DNA of 64,000 nucleotides from Candidatus Entotheonellaceae bacterium (GTDB taxonomy: Bacteria > Tectomicrobia > Entotheonellia > Entotheonellales > Entotheonellaceae): NCBI GenBank assembly GCA_965238075.1, contig OZ250173.1:160001-224000 (forward strand), given 5' to 3'. Under the pieces are notes generated by a model. The model saw only the letters and a list, made by a program, of their open reading frames with translations. It was not told where the DNA came from and did not search any database. Of the stretch, positions 45,156 through 54,417 are shown piece after piece. Within the stretch, counting starts at the first letter, position 1; each line of letters begins with the position of its first letter. The position numbers and the translations under genes were made by a program.

Positions 45156-45545
45156 ATGCATTATGTTGCCGTGATCGACAAGGATGCCAACAGCGCCTAC
45201 GGGGTCCGTTTCCCGGACGTGCCTGGCTGCTTCTCGGCAGCCGACACGTTCGACGAGATCGTCCCGAACGCGATCGAGGCACTGGCCCTATTTTTCGAGG
45301 ACAGAGATACCGTCCCGGCGCGTGGCATCGAGGCGGTCCGCGGGGAAGTAGCCGAGGACCTCGCCGCTGGCGCCGTTCTGATGATGATCCCTCACATTTC
45401 GGACCGCTGCCGCGTCGTGCGGGTCAATCTGAGCCTTGACAAGGGGCTTCTCGACACGCTGGACGAGGCCGCACGGGCACGTGGCATGACACGCTCGGCC
45501 TTTATTGCGAAAGCCGCAACAAGGGAAATCTGCGATCCCGGCTGA
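45156..45545 (+). CDS. hicB: HicB antitoxin with C-terminal RHH domain
   Basis: YGVRFPDVPGCFSAADT...A.EAL; RVNLSLD.GLL..LDEAA..RGMTRSAFIA; GAGGAG RBS. Confidence 0.92.
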   Translation: MHYVAVIDKDANSAYGVRFPDVPGCFSAADTFDEIVPNAIEALALFFEDRDTVPARGIEAVRGEVAEDLAAGAVLMMIPHISDRCRVVRVNLSLDKGLLDTLDEAARARGMTRSAFIAKAATREICDPG

Positions 45546-45723
45546 TGATGGCTCGACCGCTTTACGCTCCATGCAGACGTGATTTACGCACTTGGCAACT
45601 CGTTAACATCTTCACGCGTCCCTCCCAAAAACTGTCGCCAGAACGTCAGCGTCCAGAGGTGTAGCCCCTGCACGTCATGCCGGGCTTGACCCCGTATCAA
45701 GTCCGGGGCAGGTTTCGATTTGG

Positions 45724-45883
45724 GGGTTGGGGTGAGAGGCAAAATTCAAAGTAAGACACTGCCGCGCGGGGAGAACGGTTGACGTGGAAGGCCCGGCACG
45801 GCACCCGAAAGAGCCGCGCCGGTTGTTGGAAGGAAGGGTTATCTCACGGCGATTGGATTGCCTGGCGAGCCCGTCGCGCCCTT
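45724..45883. repeat. Diverged direct repeat, copy B (includes the functional cyclase 3' end)
   Basis: Collinear with 44765-44924; preceded by a REP-like half GTCATGCCGGGCTTGACCCCG at ~45674. Confidence 0.8.
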
Positions 45884-46831
45884 CAGACGCAGCGGTGCGA
45901 AGATGTACGCGAACTCATACACCTGGTCCGCCGCCAAGGCTGCCGTGTCGAGATTCTCATGGATGTAGATGCCGTTGCACACCAGCAGGTGCTGGTGACT
46001 CTCAAAAGCCCGTTCCGGGTCCTCGCCCGGTACTGCCTCTACCGGCCACGTATCGGAGGCCAGCATGACAGGTTTCTTCTCAATCAGCCACTTGACGGTC
46101 GTCACGCTGGGTCCGGGCACGGGGCCGCCATAGGCGTCATTGTCCACCATCCATAGCGAACCGTGACCGGTGTGAAACATGATCACGTCACCTTCCCCGA
46201 TGTCGACGCCTTGGCGGGCCAGGGTGCCCTCGATGTCGTCAATGGTGATGACGTATCCCCCCTCCAGCCGGTCGACGCCCTTGTAGGCGGCGACGTCGAG
46301 CAGGACGCCGCGAGTGAAGAACGCCCCGACGTTTTCGACGCCGAGCCGCTTCAGCCCGTAGGTGTCGCCAAAGTCGGCCAGCTTGTTGCCGTTGTAGAAG
46401 ATCTCGTCGTCGCCCACCTGCACGCCGACGTGGCCGAGGCCGTCAAACTGCGTGCCGACCTGGCCGATCTCCGCGCTCACCATCTCGTCGTTGCCGATGA
46501 TCTGGTTCTTGGCGAATGGCGTGTACGTGGGCAGGCCGGGGATCGTCAGGCTGTAGTGCCGCTTACCGGGCATCGCCATGCCGTGTTCATAGATGCGCCC
46601 CAACTGGTAAATCTTGCCCTCCGTGATCAGGGACACGGCCTGCATGACCTTTGCCGGTGTGATGCGGTTCGCCGCCCCTCGTTGATCGTCCGGACCCCAT
46701 TCCGACGGCCAACATACCGGGCCGATGGGGGTCTCGTCTTGCGCTGCTGCCAAACCGACAAAACCGGGCAGAACGAACATCCCGATTACAACCACGGCCA
46801 TCAACCGGGATCTGCGTAACGTGGATTGCAT
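45839..46831 (-). CDS. Cyclase family (kynurenine formamidase-like) metal hydrolase with signal peptide
   Basis: WGPDDQRGAAN, GTQFDGLGH, TRGVLLD, HTG, ENL, PLRLKGATGSP; AAGGAG RBS before ATG 46831. Confidence 0.9.
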   Translation of the reverse strand: MQSTLRRSRLMAVVVIGMFVLPGFVGLAAAQDETPIGPVCWPSEWGPDDQRGAANRITPAKVMQAVSLITEGKIYQLGRIYEHGMAMPGKRHYSLTIPGLPTYTPFAKNQIIGNDEMVSAEIGQVGTQFDGLGHVGVQVGDDEIFYNGNKLADFGDTYGLKRLGVENVGAFFTRGVLLDVAAYKGVDRLEGGYVITIDDIEGTLARQGVDIGEGDVIMFHTGHGSLWMVDNDAYGGPVPGPSVTTVKWLIEKKPVMLASDTWPVEAVPGEDPERAFESHQHLLVCNGIYIHENLDTAALAADQVYEFAYIFAPLRLKGATGSPGNPIAVR

Positions 46832-47086
46832 CGCTTTCTCCTTGTCGTTATTGTGCCTCAGTTGCAGGGCATCTGGCCCTTCAATGCGCGGCATCATACA
46901 CCCGGCAAGGCCGCGGTCAAGCGCGATCTGCCCGGCCTCTCGGATGAGCCGGCCAGACGATAGAAAGGCATCCCCGCTCCCCGCAGGGCCTTTCAGGTTG
47001 TCATGGACCCGTTGTTCGCCGTGCAGTATCATGCCCAGCCAATTGGTCGCGTCGAGGATCGAGGTCATTGTTGAGGGAGAAACACC

Positions 47087-48394
47087 ATGCAGCAAGGAAG
47101 CAAACGCGGCAAGGGCGCGTTGAGCCGCCGGCAGTTCTTGGGCGCCGCGACGGCTACCACGGCGGGGCTGATGATGGTTCCGCCGGCGATTGCGGCCCGC
47201 AAGAAGCGGGTTACGATGCTCAGTTGGAATCACTTCGTGCCGTCGTCGGACGAGGAATTGCGCCGTCAAGCCGCGGAGTTCAGCGAAATCTATGGCGCCA
47301 AGGTGCAGGTGGACACCATTTCCCACCTGCAAATACCGGCCAAGCAGGCCGCCGAGGTCAACGCCCAGCGGGGTCACGACATCATGATCATGGGCGGCGC
47401 CTTCCCCTGGCTGTACGAAAAGCAGCTCCTGCCCGTGGACGACCTGGTGGACGAGCTGGGCGCCAAACTGGGCGGCTGGTACCCGTTCTGCGAGCAGAGT
47501 TTTCGCGTCAAAGGCACGTGGCGCTCGGTGCCGTGGTTCTGGGTATCCTTCCCCGGTACGGTCAACCAGGCCCTGTTCGCGCAGCATGACCTGGCGTGGC
47601 CCGACACCTGGGCCGACGTGCTGGCGGCGGGCACCAAGCTGAAAAAGGCCGGGCACCCGGTCGGTATCGCCATCAGCCATGCCGGCGACGCCAACACCAC
47701 CTTCTGGTCCATCAACTGGTGCTTCGGCGGCAAGGTGATCGACGAAGAGGGGCAGGTCGCCATCCGCTCGCCGCAGACGGAACAAGCCATGGAGTTCTAC
47801 CGCGAGTTGTTCGACAAGGCGATGACCAACGAGGTGCTGGCCTGGGACGACGCCAGCAACAATCGCTTCCTGTTGTCGGGCAGAGGCTCGTGGATTCACA
47901 ACCCCATTAGCCCCTATAACGCGGCGCTGGCCAAGAAGATGGACATCGCCAAGGACATCAATCACCACCCGACCCCCGCCGGGCCGATGGGCCGCCACAA
48001 CGCGCCGCCGATCGTCAGCGTCGGCATCTGGAAGTTCGCGCGTAACCCGGACGGTGCGCGAGAGTTCCTCCGCTACTTGTTCGAACCGGAGAATTTCAAC
48101 AAGTGGGTGGTTGCCAGCATGGCCTTCAACCACGGTCCGGTACGAGAATTCGAGACGCACCCCATCTGGGCTACCGATGAGAAGCTGAAAATCCTGCCCC
48201 TGGAGGGCGAGTTCGGCCATCCGCGCGGCTGGCCCTATCATCCGAACCCGGAGGTGGCGCGTATCGACGAAGTCTACGTGCTACCGGACATGGTGGCCAA
48301 GGCGATCCGCGGCAAGAACGTCAAAGCCGCCCTGCAGTGGGGCGAGGATCAGATCCACCGCATCATGAAGGACACGCGGGAGAGAAGAGCGTAG
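47087..48394 (+). CDS. Tat-exported ABC substrate-binding protein (carbohydrate/SBP family 1), orphan
   Basis: SRRQFLG twin-arginine motif, WNHFVP, PDTW.D, WDDASNN; no permease genes adjacent. Confidence 0.88.
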   Translation: MQQGSKRGKGALSRRQFLGAATATTAGLMMVPPAIAARKKRVTMLSWNHFVPSSDEELRRQAAEFSEIYGAKVQVDTISHLQIPAKQAAEVNAQRGHDIMIMGGAFPWLYEKQLLPVDDLVDELGAKLGGWYPFCEQSFRVKGTWRSVPWFWVSFPGTVNQALFAQHDLAWPDTWADVLAAGTKLKKAGHPVGIAISHAGDANTTFWSINWCFGGKVIDEEGQVAIRSPQTEQAMEFYRELFDKAMTNEVLAWDDASNNRFLLSGRGSWIHNPISPYNAALAKKMDIAKDINHHPTPAGPMGRHNAPPIVSVGIWKFARNPDGAREFLRYLFEPENFNKWVVASMAFNHGPVREFETHPIWATDEKLKILPLEGEFGHPRGWPYHPNPEVARIDEVYVLPDMVAKAIRGKNVKAALQWGEDQIHRIMKDTRERRA

Positions 48395-48418
48395 AGACAG
48401 GCTGAACAGGATGGTGGG

Positions 48419-48458
48419 AACGGCTGGCCGTGGTCAGGTATGCGGCCAGCCGTTTTTT
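48419..48458 (+). terminator. Rho-independent terminator between convergent genes
   Basis: AACGGCTGGCCG...CGGCCAGCCGTT followed by a T-run. Confidence 0.75.
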
Positions 48459-48471
48459 CTGAGCCGGGACA

Positions 48472-48693
48472 TTATGGCTTCCCGGACGCCAAGGGTTCGC
48501 TGGGCTCCGAGAGCCGGTGCACACGCACGTTCAGGCCCTCGCGCAGGGTTGGGAAATGTTCCTGCAAGGCAGCATGCGCCGAGGCATAGCTTCCAAAGCC
48601 GTACGGCGCGCCGTTGGCCTTGCGAACCGTGCGCCAGCCCTCCAGGCCATACCCATGGTGCGCCATTACCTGAATGACGTAGACGTCCGCCAT
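48472..48693 (-). CDS. Small hypothetical protein (73 aa)
   Basis: GGAG RBS, 15 bp downstream of the esterase stop, fills the gap to the terminator. Confidence 0.55.
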   Translation of the reverse strand: MADVYVIQVMAHHGYGLEGWRTVRKANGAPYGFGSYASAHAALQEHFPTLREGLNVRVHRLSEPSEPLASGKP

Positions 48694-48708
48694 GTCGCTC
48701 CCGGGCCC

Positions 48709-49638
48709 CTATTTGCTGGCGAAAGCCTTTTTCATGGCCGCAGCCGCTTCAGAGACGGCCTGGCCGGCTTTGTCAACTGCACCGGACATGCCGAAAAAGC
48801 CGTGGATCATGCCGTCGTAGCGGCTGTGGGTGGTGGGGACACCGTCGGCTTCCAGGTTTTTGGCGTAAGCCTCGCCCTCGTCGCGCAGCGGGTCGAATTC
48901 CGCGGTGATGACCAACGCTGGCGGCAGATTCTTGAAGCTCCCGGCCCGGGACGGCACGGCGTAGGGGTGATTCGGGTCGTCGGAAGCGCCCAGGTACTGA
49001 TCCCAATACCACTTCATGCTGTCGCGGGTCAGCAGGTAGCCATCAGCGTTGTCCACGTAGGAAGACGTCTCGAAATCGAGCGAGGTCATCGGATAGACCA
49101 GCAGTTGGAACGCTAGATCGGGATTGGCGCGGTCGCGGGCCATCTGTGCCACCACGGCAGCCAGGTTGCCGCCGGCACTGTCGCCGCCAACCGCCATGCG
49201 GGAGGCATCGCCCTGGATGCTGGCAGCGTTGTCCGAGGCCCACACCGCGGCTGCGTAGCAATCGTCGCACGCCCCGGGAAACTTCGTTTCCGGCGCCAGG
49301 CGGTAATCCACCGAGACCGTCACGCAGCCGGTTTCGACCGTCAGATGCCGAGCCGTCGCGTCGGCGGTTTCGAGATCGCCCACCACCATGCCGCCGCCGT
49401 GGCACCAGATCAGAATGGGAAAGGGGCCCGTGCCCGCCGGCGTGTAGATGCGAACCGGCACCTCGGCGTCACGCCAAGATACGTTGCGGTCCTCCACCTT
49501 GGCGACCTCCGGCCCGTCGACGCGCGGCCGGTTCCTCATGTTCTCGCGCGCCTGCTGCGGGCTTACCATGTGGTTCGGGGGCAGACCCAACGCCGCCAAT
49601 TGATCGAGGACCTGCTGGGCTTGCGGATCGAGTGGCAT
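48709..49638 (-). CDS. HSL-family esterase/lipase (alpha/beta hydrolase)
   Basis: HGGG, VDYRLAPE, GDSAGG, DPLRDEG, HGF. Confidence 0.93.
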   Translation of the reverse strand: MPLDPQAQQVLDQLAALGLPPNHMVSPQQARENMRNRPRVDGPEVAKVEDRNVSWRDAEVPVRIYTPAGTGPFPILIWCHGGGMVVGDLETADATARHLTVETGCVTVSVDYRLAPETKFPGACDDCYAAAVWASDNAASIQGDASRMAVGGDSAGGNLAAVVAQMARDRANPDLAFQLLVYPMTSLDFETSSYVDNADGYLLTRDSMKWYWDQYLGASDDPNHPYAVPSRAGSFKNLPPALVITAEFDPLRDEGEAYAKNLEADGVPTTHSRYDGMIHGFFGMSGAVDKAGQAVSEAAAAMKKAFASK

Positions 49639-49815
49639 AACTCACCTCTTAACAATGGGTTGACAACGCTCGCTGGCGTTTGGAATGGGTGTGGGTTTTG
49701 ATAGCGGCCACTGTAAACCACACCCTGATAGAGGTCAACGTGCGAAGACCGTGACGGCAATGGACAGATGCTTTTAAGCAGCATGATCTGAAACTGTTCC
49801 AAGAAAGGAAGTCAT

Positions 49816-50847
49816 GTGACACTTGAAAACGGCATGATCACGACGACGACAGGCATCGGGGACGCCGGATACGACGGCGACGGCGGCCCGGCCGGGTCGG
49901 CCCGACTCAACGAACCCTTCATGTGCGCCTTCGACCGGCAAGGCAACTTGTACGTGGCGGAGGCGATGAATCACTGCGTACGCCGCATCGACGGGCGCAG
50001 CGGCGTGATTACCACCGTCGCTGGAACGGGCGAACTCGGCTATGGCGGCGACGGCGGCCCGGCGACGCAGGCGACCCTGAACCAGCCCTATGCCCTGGAC
50101 ATCGCGGACAATGGCGCCCTGTACATTGTGGACCGCTTGAATGCCGTCATCCGCAAGGTGGATGCGGCGAGCGGCATCATTTCCACCGTTGCCGGAACCG
50201 GAACGCCGGGATCGAGCGGCGACGGCGGCCCGGCGACGGCGGCAGCCCTGCGGGAACCCAATGATTGCTTCCTCGACCGGCACGGCGGCCTGCTCATCGC
50301 CGACGTACAAGATCATCGCGTCCGCCGCCTGGACCTGGCTACGGGCTTCATCACCACCTTCGCGGGCAACGGTGACAAGGCATGCGCCGGTGACGGTCGC
50401 CCCGCCGCCGAGGCCAGCATCCTTGGCGCGCGGGCGGTGTGCCAAGACGGCAGCGGCAACACCTACATCTGCGAACGGGAGGGCAACGGGGTGCGCAAGG
50501 TGGGTGCCGACGGCATCATGTCGACCTTCGCGGGAACCGGCGAGCGCGGCTACAGTGGCGACGGCGGTTCCGCCCTGGCGGCGACGTGGGGAGCGCCAAA
50601 AGCCCTGCGTTGCGACCTGCAGGGCAACCTTCTGGTGGTGGACACGGAAAACCACGCCATTCGACGCATTGATGCCGTCACGGGCGTTGTCACCACCGTG
50701 GCCGGTGGGCAACATGGCGGGCACGGCGACGGTGGCCCGGCGACGGCGGCAGGATTGGACCGCCCGCACGGCTGCTGCGTCGATGCACAAGGCAATCTTT
50801 ACATCGCCGACAGTAACAACCACCGCGTGCGGGTTGTGAGGTTTTAG
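49816..50847 (+). CDS. NHL-repeat beta-propeller protein
   Basis: About six repeats of TVAGTG..G..GDGGPA..A.L..P....D..GNLYIAD..NH.VRR. Confidence 0.9.
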   Translation: MTLENGMITTTTGIGDAGYDGDGGPAGSARLNEPFMCAFDRQGNLYVAEAMNHCVRRIDGRSGVITTVAGTGELGYGGDGGPATQATLNQPYALDIADNGALYIVDRLNAVIRKVDAASGIISTVAGTGTPGSSGDGGPATAAALREPNDCFLDRHGGLLIADVQDHRVRRLDLATGFITTFAGNGDKACAGDGRPAAEASILGARAVCQDGSGNTYICEREGNGVRKVGADGIMSTFAGTGERGYSGDGGSALAATWGAPKALRCDLQGNLLVVDTENHAIRRIDAVTGVVTTVAGGQHGGHGDGGPATAAGLDRPHGCCVDAQGNLYIADSNNHRVRVVRF

Positions 50848-50859
50848 TGGCTGGCGAGA

Positions 50860-52002
50860 TCAGCCGGACGATAGTTCGTCGAGGCGGCGCAGGACACGGC
50901 TCTCGCGCAGCCGGTCGCTGGTACCGCTGACGCCGCCGGTGGGCTGGAAAAACCGGGATTGCCGGGCTTCGGCGAGGTGATAGGCCAGGAGTTCTCCGGC
51001 CAAGCAATAAACCAGCGGCGCGAACAGTTCCGGAACCGGTCGCGGTACCGGCAGGAAGACGTCCACGTTAACGGGAAGGGACGCGGGGTCGCCTTGCGCA
51101 ACCACGAGTGTGCGGCGCCCGACTGCCTTGACGTGCGGAAGCAATTCCAAGGCCCGGTCGAGGCTGCGGCCCGGCGGTACGATCAGACAGGTCGGCGTGG
51201 GCTCCCGGCTGTTAAAAAACTGGATGTGCCCCCACTCCTCGATGTCCTGCCCCCAGGCATTGACGCCACAGCTTTCCACCAGCTTGGCGGCGCTGAAAAG
51301 TGCCGTCGCATAGTGCGGCCCGGAACCCAGGAATACCCAGTCCTCATGGTCGCTGAACCGTTCCGCCGCTTGCCGTGCCGGGACGTCAACGGCCTCGATC
51401 GTCGCCGCCATGCAATCGGCAATCTCGACCAGCCGCCGCCGCCAGCGATTGGCCTCGGCGGCCGTCAGCACCTGCCGCAGCTCGCCGACCCGTATCGCAC
51501 ACAGCAGCAAGCTGACAAGCTGAACCGTGTAAGAGCGGATGCCCGGCGCCCGTCCCATCGGCGCAATGGGCACGGCAACAGTCGCTGCCGCTTCCCGCGC
51601 GATGCCGCTTTCCACATTTCCCGTCACCGCCACGGTGTCCAAGCCAGCCGCCCGCGCCAGGGCAACCGCCTCAATTGATCGCGCGACCTGTCCGGAATTG
51701 GAAATGCCGAACAATCCGGCCGATGTTGGTGCCTGATCCGCCTCATAGCGCGCGAATGGCATCGCCGCAAGTGCTTTGACCGGCAGACGGGAAAAACGCG
51801 CGAAGGCCATCTCGCAGGCCAGTCCGGCGTAGAACGAATCGCCACAGCCGGCCGTGTAAATGGCCTGCCAATGCTGCGGCTTCACGTCGCGCAGGGCGTC
51901 AGCTACTTGTTGCTCCGCCGGCTCGACAATATCGCGCAGCAAGGCCGGCTGGCTCGTGATCTGATCCCGCATCACGGTGCGAGGGGGCGATTCGGCAGCC
52001 AT
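50860..52002 (-). CDS. SIS-domain sugar-phosphate isomerase/deglycase (GlmS/FrlB-like)
   Basis: GCGDS, ISNSG, AVTGN, FLGSG, AAKLVE, EEWGH. Confidence 0.85.
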   Translation of the reverse strand: MAAESPPRTVMRDQITSQPALLRDIVEPAEQQVADALRDVKPQHWQAIYTAGCGDSFYAGLACEMAFARFSRLPVKALAAMPFARYEADQAPTSAGLFGISNSGQVARSIEAVALARAAGLDTVAVTGNVESGIAREAAATVAVPIAPMGRAPGIRSYTVQLVSLLLCAIRVGELRQVLTAAEANRWRRRLVEIADCMAATIEAVDVPARQAAERFSDHEDWVFLGSGPHYATALFSAAKLVESCGVNAWGQDIEEWGHIQFFNSREPTPTCLIVPPGRSLDRALELLPHVKAVGRRTLVVAQGDPASLPVNVDVFLPVPRPVPELFAPLVYCLAGELLAYHLAEARQSRFFQPTGGVSGTSDRLRESRVLRRLDELSSG

Positions 52003-52028
52003 CGAGAATCTCCGGGAATGTGCAGCAT

Positions 52029-53174
52029 CTACGTGTGATTGAGCTTGGGGATGACGTGCTTGCCGAACATCTCGATGGACGACATGACCTTGTCGTGCGG
52101 AACGGTCTCGGTGGCCATGAGAAACTGCAGCTGGTCGACGCCGGTGGCGCGGTGCAGCTCGATGGCCTTGAGGCAGCTTTCCGGGTCACCGGAGACCGTG
52201 ACGGCGCGGTCGGCCAGGGTGTCGGCGTCGAACTGATTCCAGATGGCATTGGCGATTTGCGCCGAGCCGCCGGAGAGGTCCAGGCCGCTGTCATCGCCGT
52301 CCTCCTTTTTGATATAGCGGGCGAAATTGGCCTCCAGATGCTCCGGCACGCCGCCCCACGATTCGATGAGGCGCTCGTACACGCCCACCTGGTCTTTCAG
52401 ATAGGGGCGGTCGGGACCGAAAAACGTTTTCAGCGATTGCGCCGCCAATTCACGCGCCGCCTTGTTGTCCTCACCGCAGTAGGCCATCGTGGCGCTGAGC
52501 CACTGATCGTTTACCGCGCGCCCGACCGGCTTGGCATGTTGGACATTATCCTTGAATTCCTTGACGTGCTCGGCCAGGGTCGCGGGGGCGGCGACGCTCA
52601 ACGCCATCACGCCAATTCCCTTCTCGGCCGCCAACCGGTAGGTCGTCGGTTGCAGGGCCGCCACCCAGATCGGCGGGTGCGGCTGCTGGTACGGCTTGGG
52701 ACGCACGTCGCGCGGCGGCACGTTCCAGAAACGGCCTTCCCACTCGAACAGCCCGTCCTCCCAGATCTTGGGAATCATGGACAGCGATTCTTCCCACATG
52801 TCGCGGGTGTTGCGTGGGTCGATGCCCATGCCCGTCTGCTCGTACGGCGCCGAGCGCCCGGTGCCGAAATCGACCCGCCCGCCGGACATGTGGTCGATCA
52901 TGGCGACCCGCTCAGCCACCCGCACCGGGTGATGGTACGGCAGAATGACGACGCCGAATCCGAGCCGGATGCGTTTGGTCAGGCGGCTCAACGCCCCGAA
53001 AATAGCCTCGGGACACGGTGACATCGAAAAGCCGGTGAGAAAGTGGTGTTCCACGAACCAGATGGTGTCGAAACCCATTTCGTCGGCCAAAACGCACTGC
53101 TCGATCGTTTCTTCGATCACTGCGTGGTCGTCAACGACCGGCCGCTGCATTTCGTACGCCAAGCTCAATTTCAT
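52029..53174 (-). CDS. LLM-class (luciferase-like) flavin-dependent oxidoreductase
   Basis: ADEMGFD.IW.VEHHF, HPVRVAER, GRVDFGTGR, PKPYQQPHPPIW. Confidence 0.92.
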   Translation of the reverse strand: MKLSLAYEMQRPVVDDHAVIEETIEQCVLADEMGFDTIWFVEHHFLTGFSMSPCPEAIFGALSRLTKRIRLGFGVVILPYHHPVRVAERVAMIDHMSGGRVDFGTGRSAPYEQTGMGIDPRNTRDMWEESLSMIPKIWEDGLFEWEGRFWNVPPRDVRPKPYQQPHPPIWVAALQPTTYRLAAEKGIGVMALSVAAPATLAEHVKEFKDNVQHAKPVGRAVNDQWLSATMAYCGEDNKAARELAAQSLKTFFGPDRPYLKDQVGVYERLIESWGGVPEHLEANFARYIKKEDGDDSGLDLSGGSAQIANAIWNQFDADTLADRAVTVSGDPESCLKAIELHRATGVDQLQFLMATETVPHDKVMSSIEMFGKHVIPKLNHT

Positions 53175-53203
53175 AATCGCATTCCCCTCGGAGAAACGTC
53201 GTC

Positions 53204-53599
53204 TCAAGAAAAAAGGAACCAATCCTCAGAAACCGTGTTAACGGCGAAATCTGCAAGGCCCGGCAGGGGGTTCTCGTCACCCGCCAATGCCTGTAAGGAA
53301 GTTTCCAGGACTCCAGCCAAAAGCCCAATGGGCTGAAGCGGTGCTTCGCCAATACTGCCGAGTTGATGACATTTTTGCAGCGCCTTGTGCCATTGACCTC
53401 GGCAGCCTCGCCGATTGCCGTTGGTGTAGTGGTAAGCGCCAACCGCCAATTGGATCATCGCCTGCCAGAACAGACGCCGGCGGCCCCGGAGCCCCTGCCA
53501 GACCTCCTCCCACGAATCGTGTGCGGCAAAGTAGTCGGCATTGCGAAAATGTGCCAAGCCGTTGCGGAGAGAGGCTATGTCATCGACCTGCAAGGACAT
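53204..53599 (-). CDS. DUF309 domain protein
   Basis: G..HF...DYFAAHDSWEEVW......FWQAMIQLAVG.YH...GN. Confidence 0.85.
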   Translation of the reverse strand: MSLQVDDIASLRNGLAHFRNADYFAAHDSWEEVWQGLRGRRRLFWQAMIQLAVGAYHYTNGNRRGCRGQWHKALQKCHQLGSIGEAPLQPIGLLAGVLETSLQALAGDENPLPGLADFAVNTVSEDWFLFS

Positions 53600-53766
53600 G
53601 GACGGGCCGTCAGAGGGGTGGAGGTTGACGTGTGAAAGCGAGCACAGGATACCATGCGCCGACCGGCACGGGCAACGGCCTCGGCGAAGCGCCGCACGGC
53701 GGCTGGCTGTGGTAGTATGGCTGCCCTTCTCGACATTCAAGATGCCCTGAAGAAAGGAATCTCCGC

Positions 53767-54417
53767 ATGTCCGAGCCGCGCGTCGCGCCGTACGTCTGGG
53801 TAACATGGATTTCCAAGTTGCTCGCCGGTGACGCTCACTGCGCCTGGGCCGCCTGGTTTCGGGCGCATCATACCTACGACCGGTTGCCGAGTGACTTCGA
53901 CGCGGCCAAGTGGGCCAGTGAGCACACCGCCATGGTACGCGAGCAGGCCGAAGCCCTGCGACAGGCATCGTTTTCGGTGTCGTTGGAGGACCAGAACGCT
54001 TTTCGGCTGCAAGGGCAACAAGGTGTCACTCTCGGCGGCAAGCCGGACATCGTGGCTTGGCGAGACGGCGAAGTGCGGGTCGTCGAGTGCAAGACCGGCC
54101 AGCCGCGTCACGCCGACACGATCCAGGTGATGATCTACATGCTCGTCCTGCCGCACGCCCAGCCCGTCTGGCGAGGGCGGACGTTGAGCGGCTGCGTGCA
54201 CTATGAGACCGGCCCCGTGGACGTTCCCGCCGAGGCGCTCGACAGCGACTTCAGGGCGCGCTTCCGCGAAATGATGGCGCAAGTGGGCGGCGGCACGGCG
54301 CTGGCACGCGTGGCGAGCTTAAACGAGTGCAGCTTCTGCGACATCGGCCGGCTCGATTGCCCCGAACGCGTTGAGATTCAGCCGGACGATGGCGCCGACG
54401 ACCACGATCTGTTCTGA
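53767..54417 (+). CDS. PD-(D/E)XK nuclease, Cas4/RecB-like, with predicted Fe-S cysteines
   Basis: GKPD...VECKTG...QVMIY; N-terminal Cys (HCAW) plus C-terminal CSFC-x5-C; AAGGA RBS. Confidence 0.8.
   Translation: MSEPRVAPYVWVTWISKLLAGDAHCAWAAWFRAHHTYDRLPSDFDAAKWASEHTAMVREQAEALRQASFSVSLEDQNAFRLQGQQGVTLGGKPDIVAWRDGEVRVVECKTGQPRHADTIQVMIYMLVLPHAQPVWRGRTLSGCVHYETGPVDVPAEALDSDFRARFREMMAQVGGGTALARVASLNECSFCDIGRLDCPERVEIQPDDGADDHDLF

Noticed and set aside
45839-48241. 800-aa minus-strand ORF suggesting a large cyclase fusion
   Set aside because: The N-terminal ~470 aa are mostly the antisense shadow of the Tat-exported binding protein; the real gene starts at ATG 46831 with an SD and signal peptide.
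49816-50847. Periodic GGCGACGGCGGCCCGGC DNA repeats as a possible CRISPR-like array
   Set aside because: They are in-frame codons for NHL repeats; no CRISPR array or cas1/cas2 in the window.
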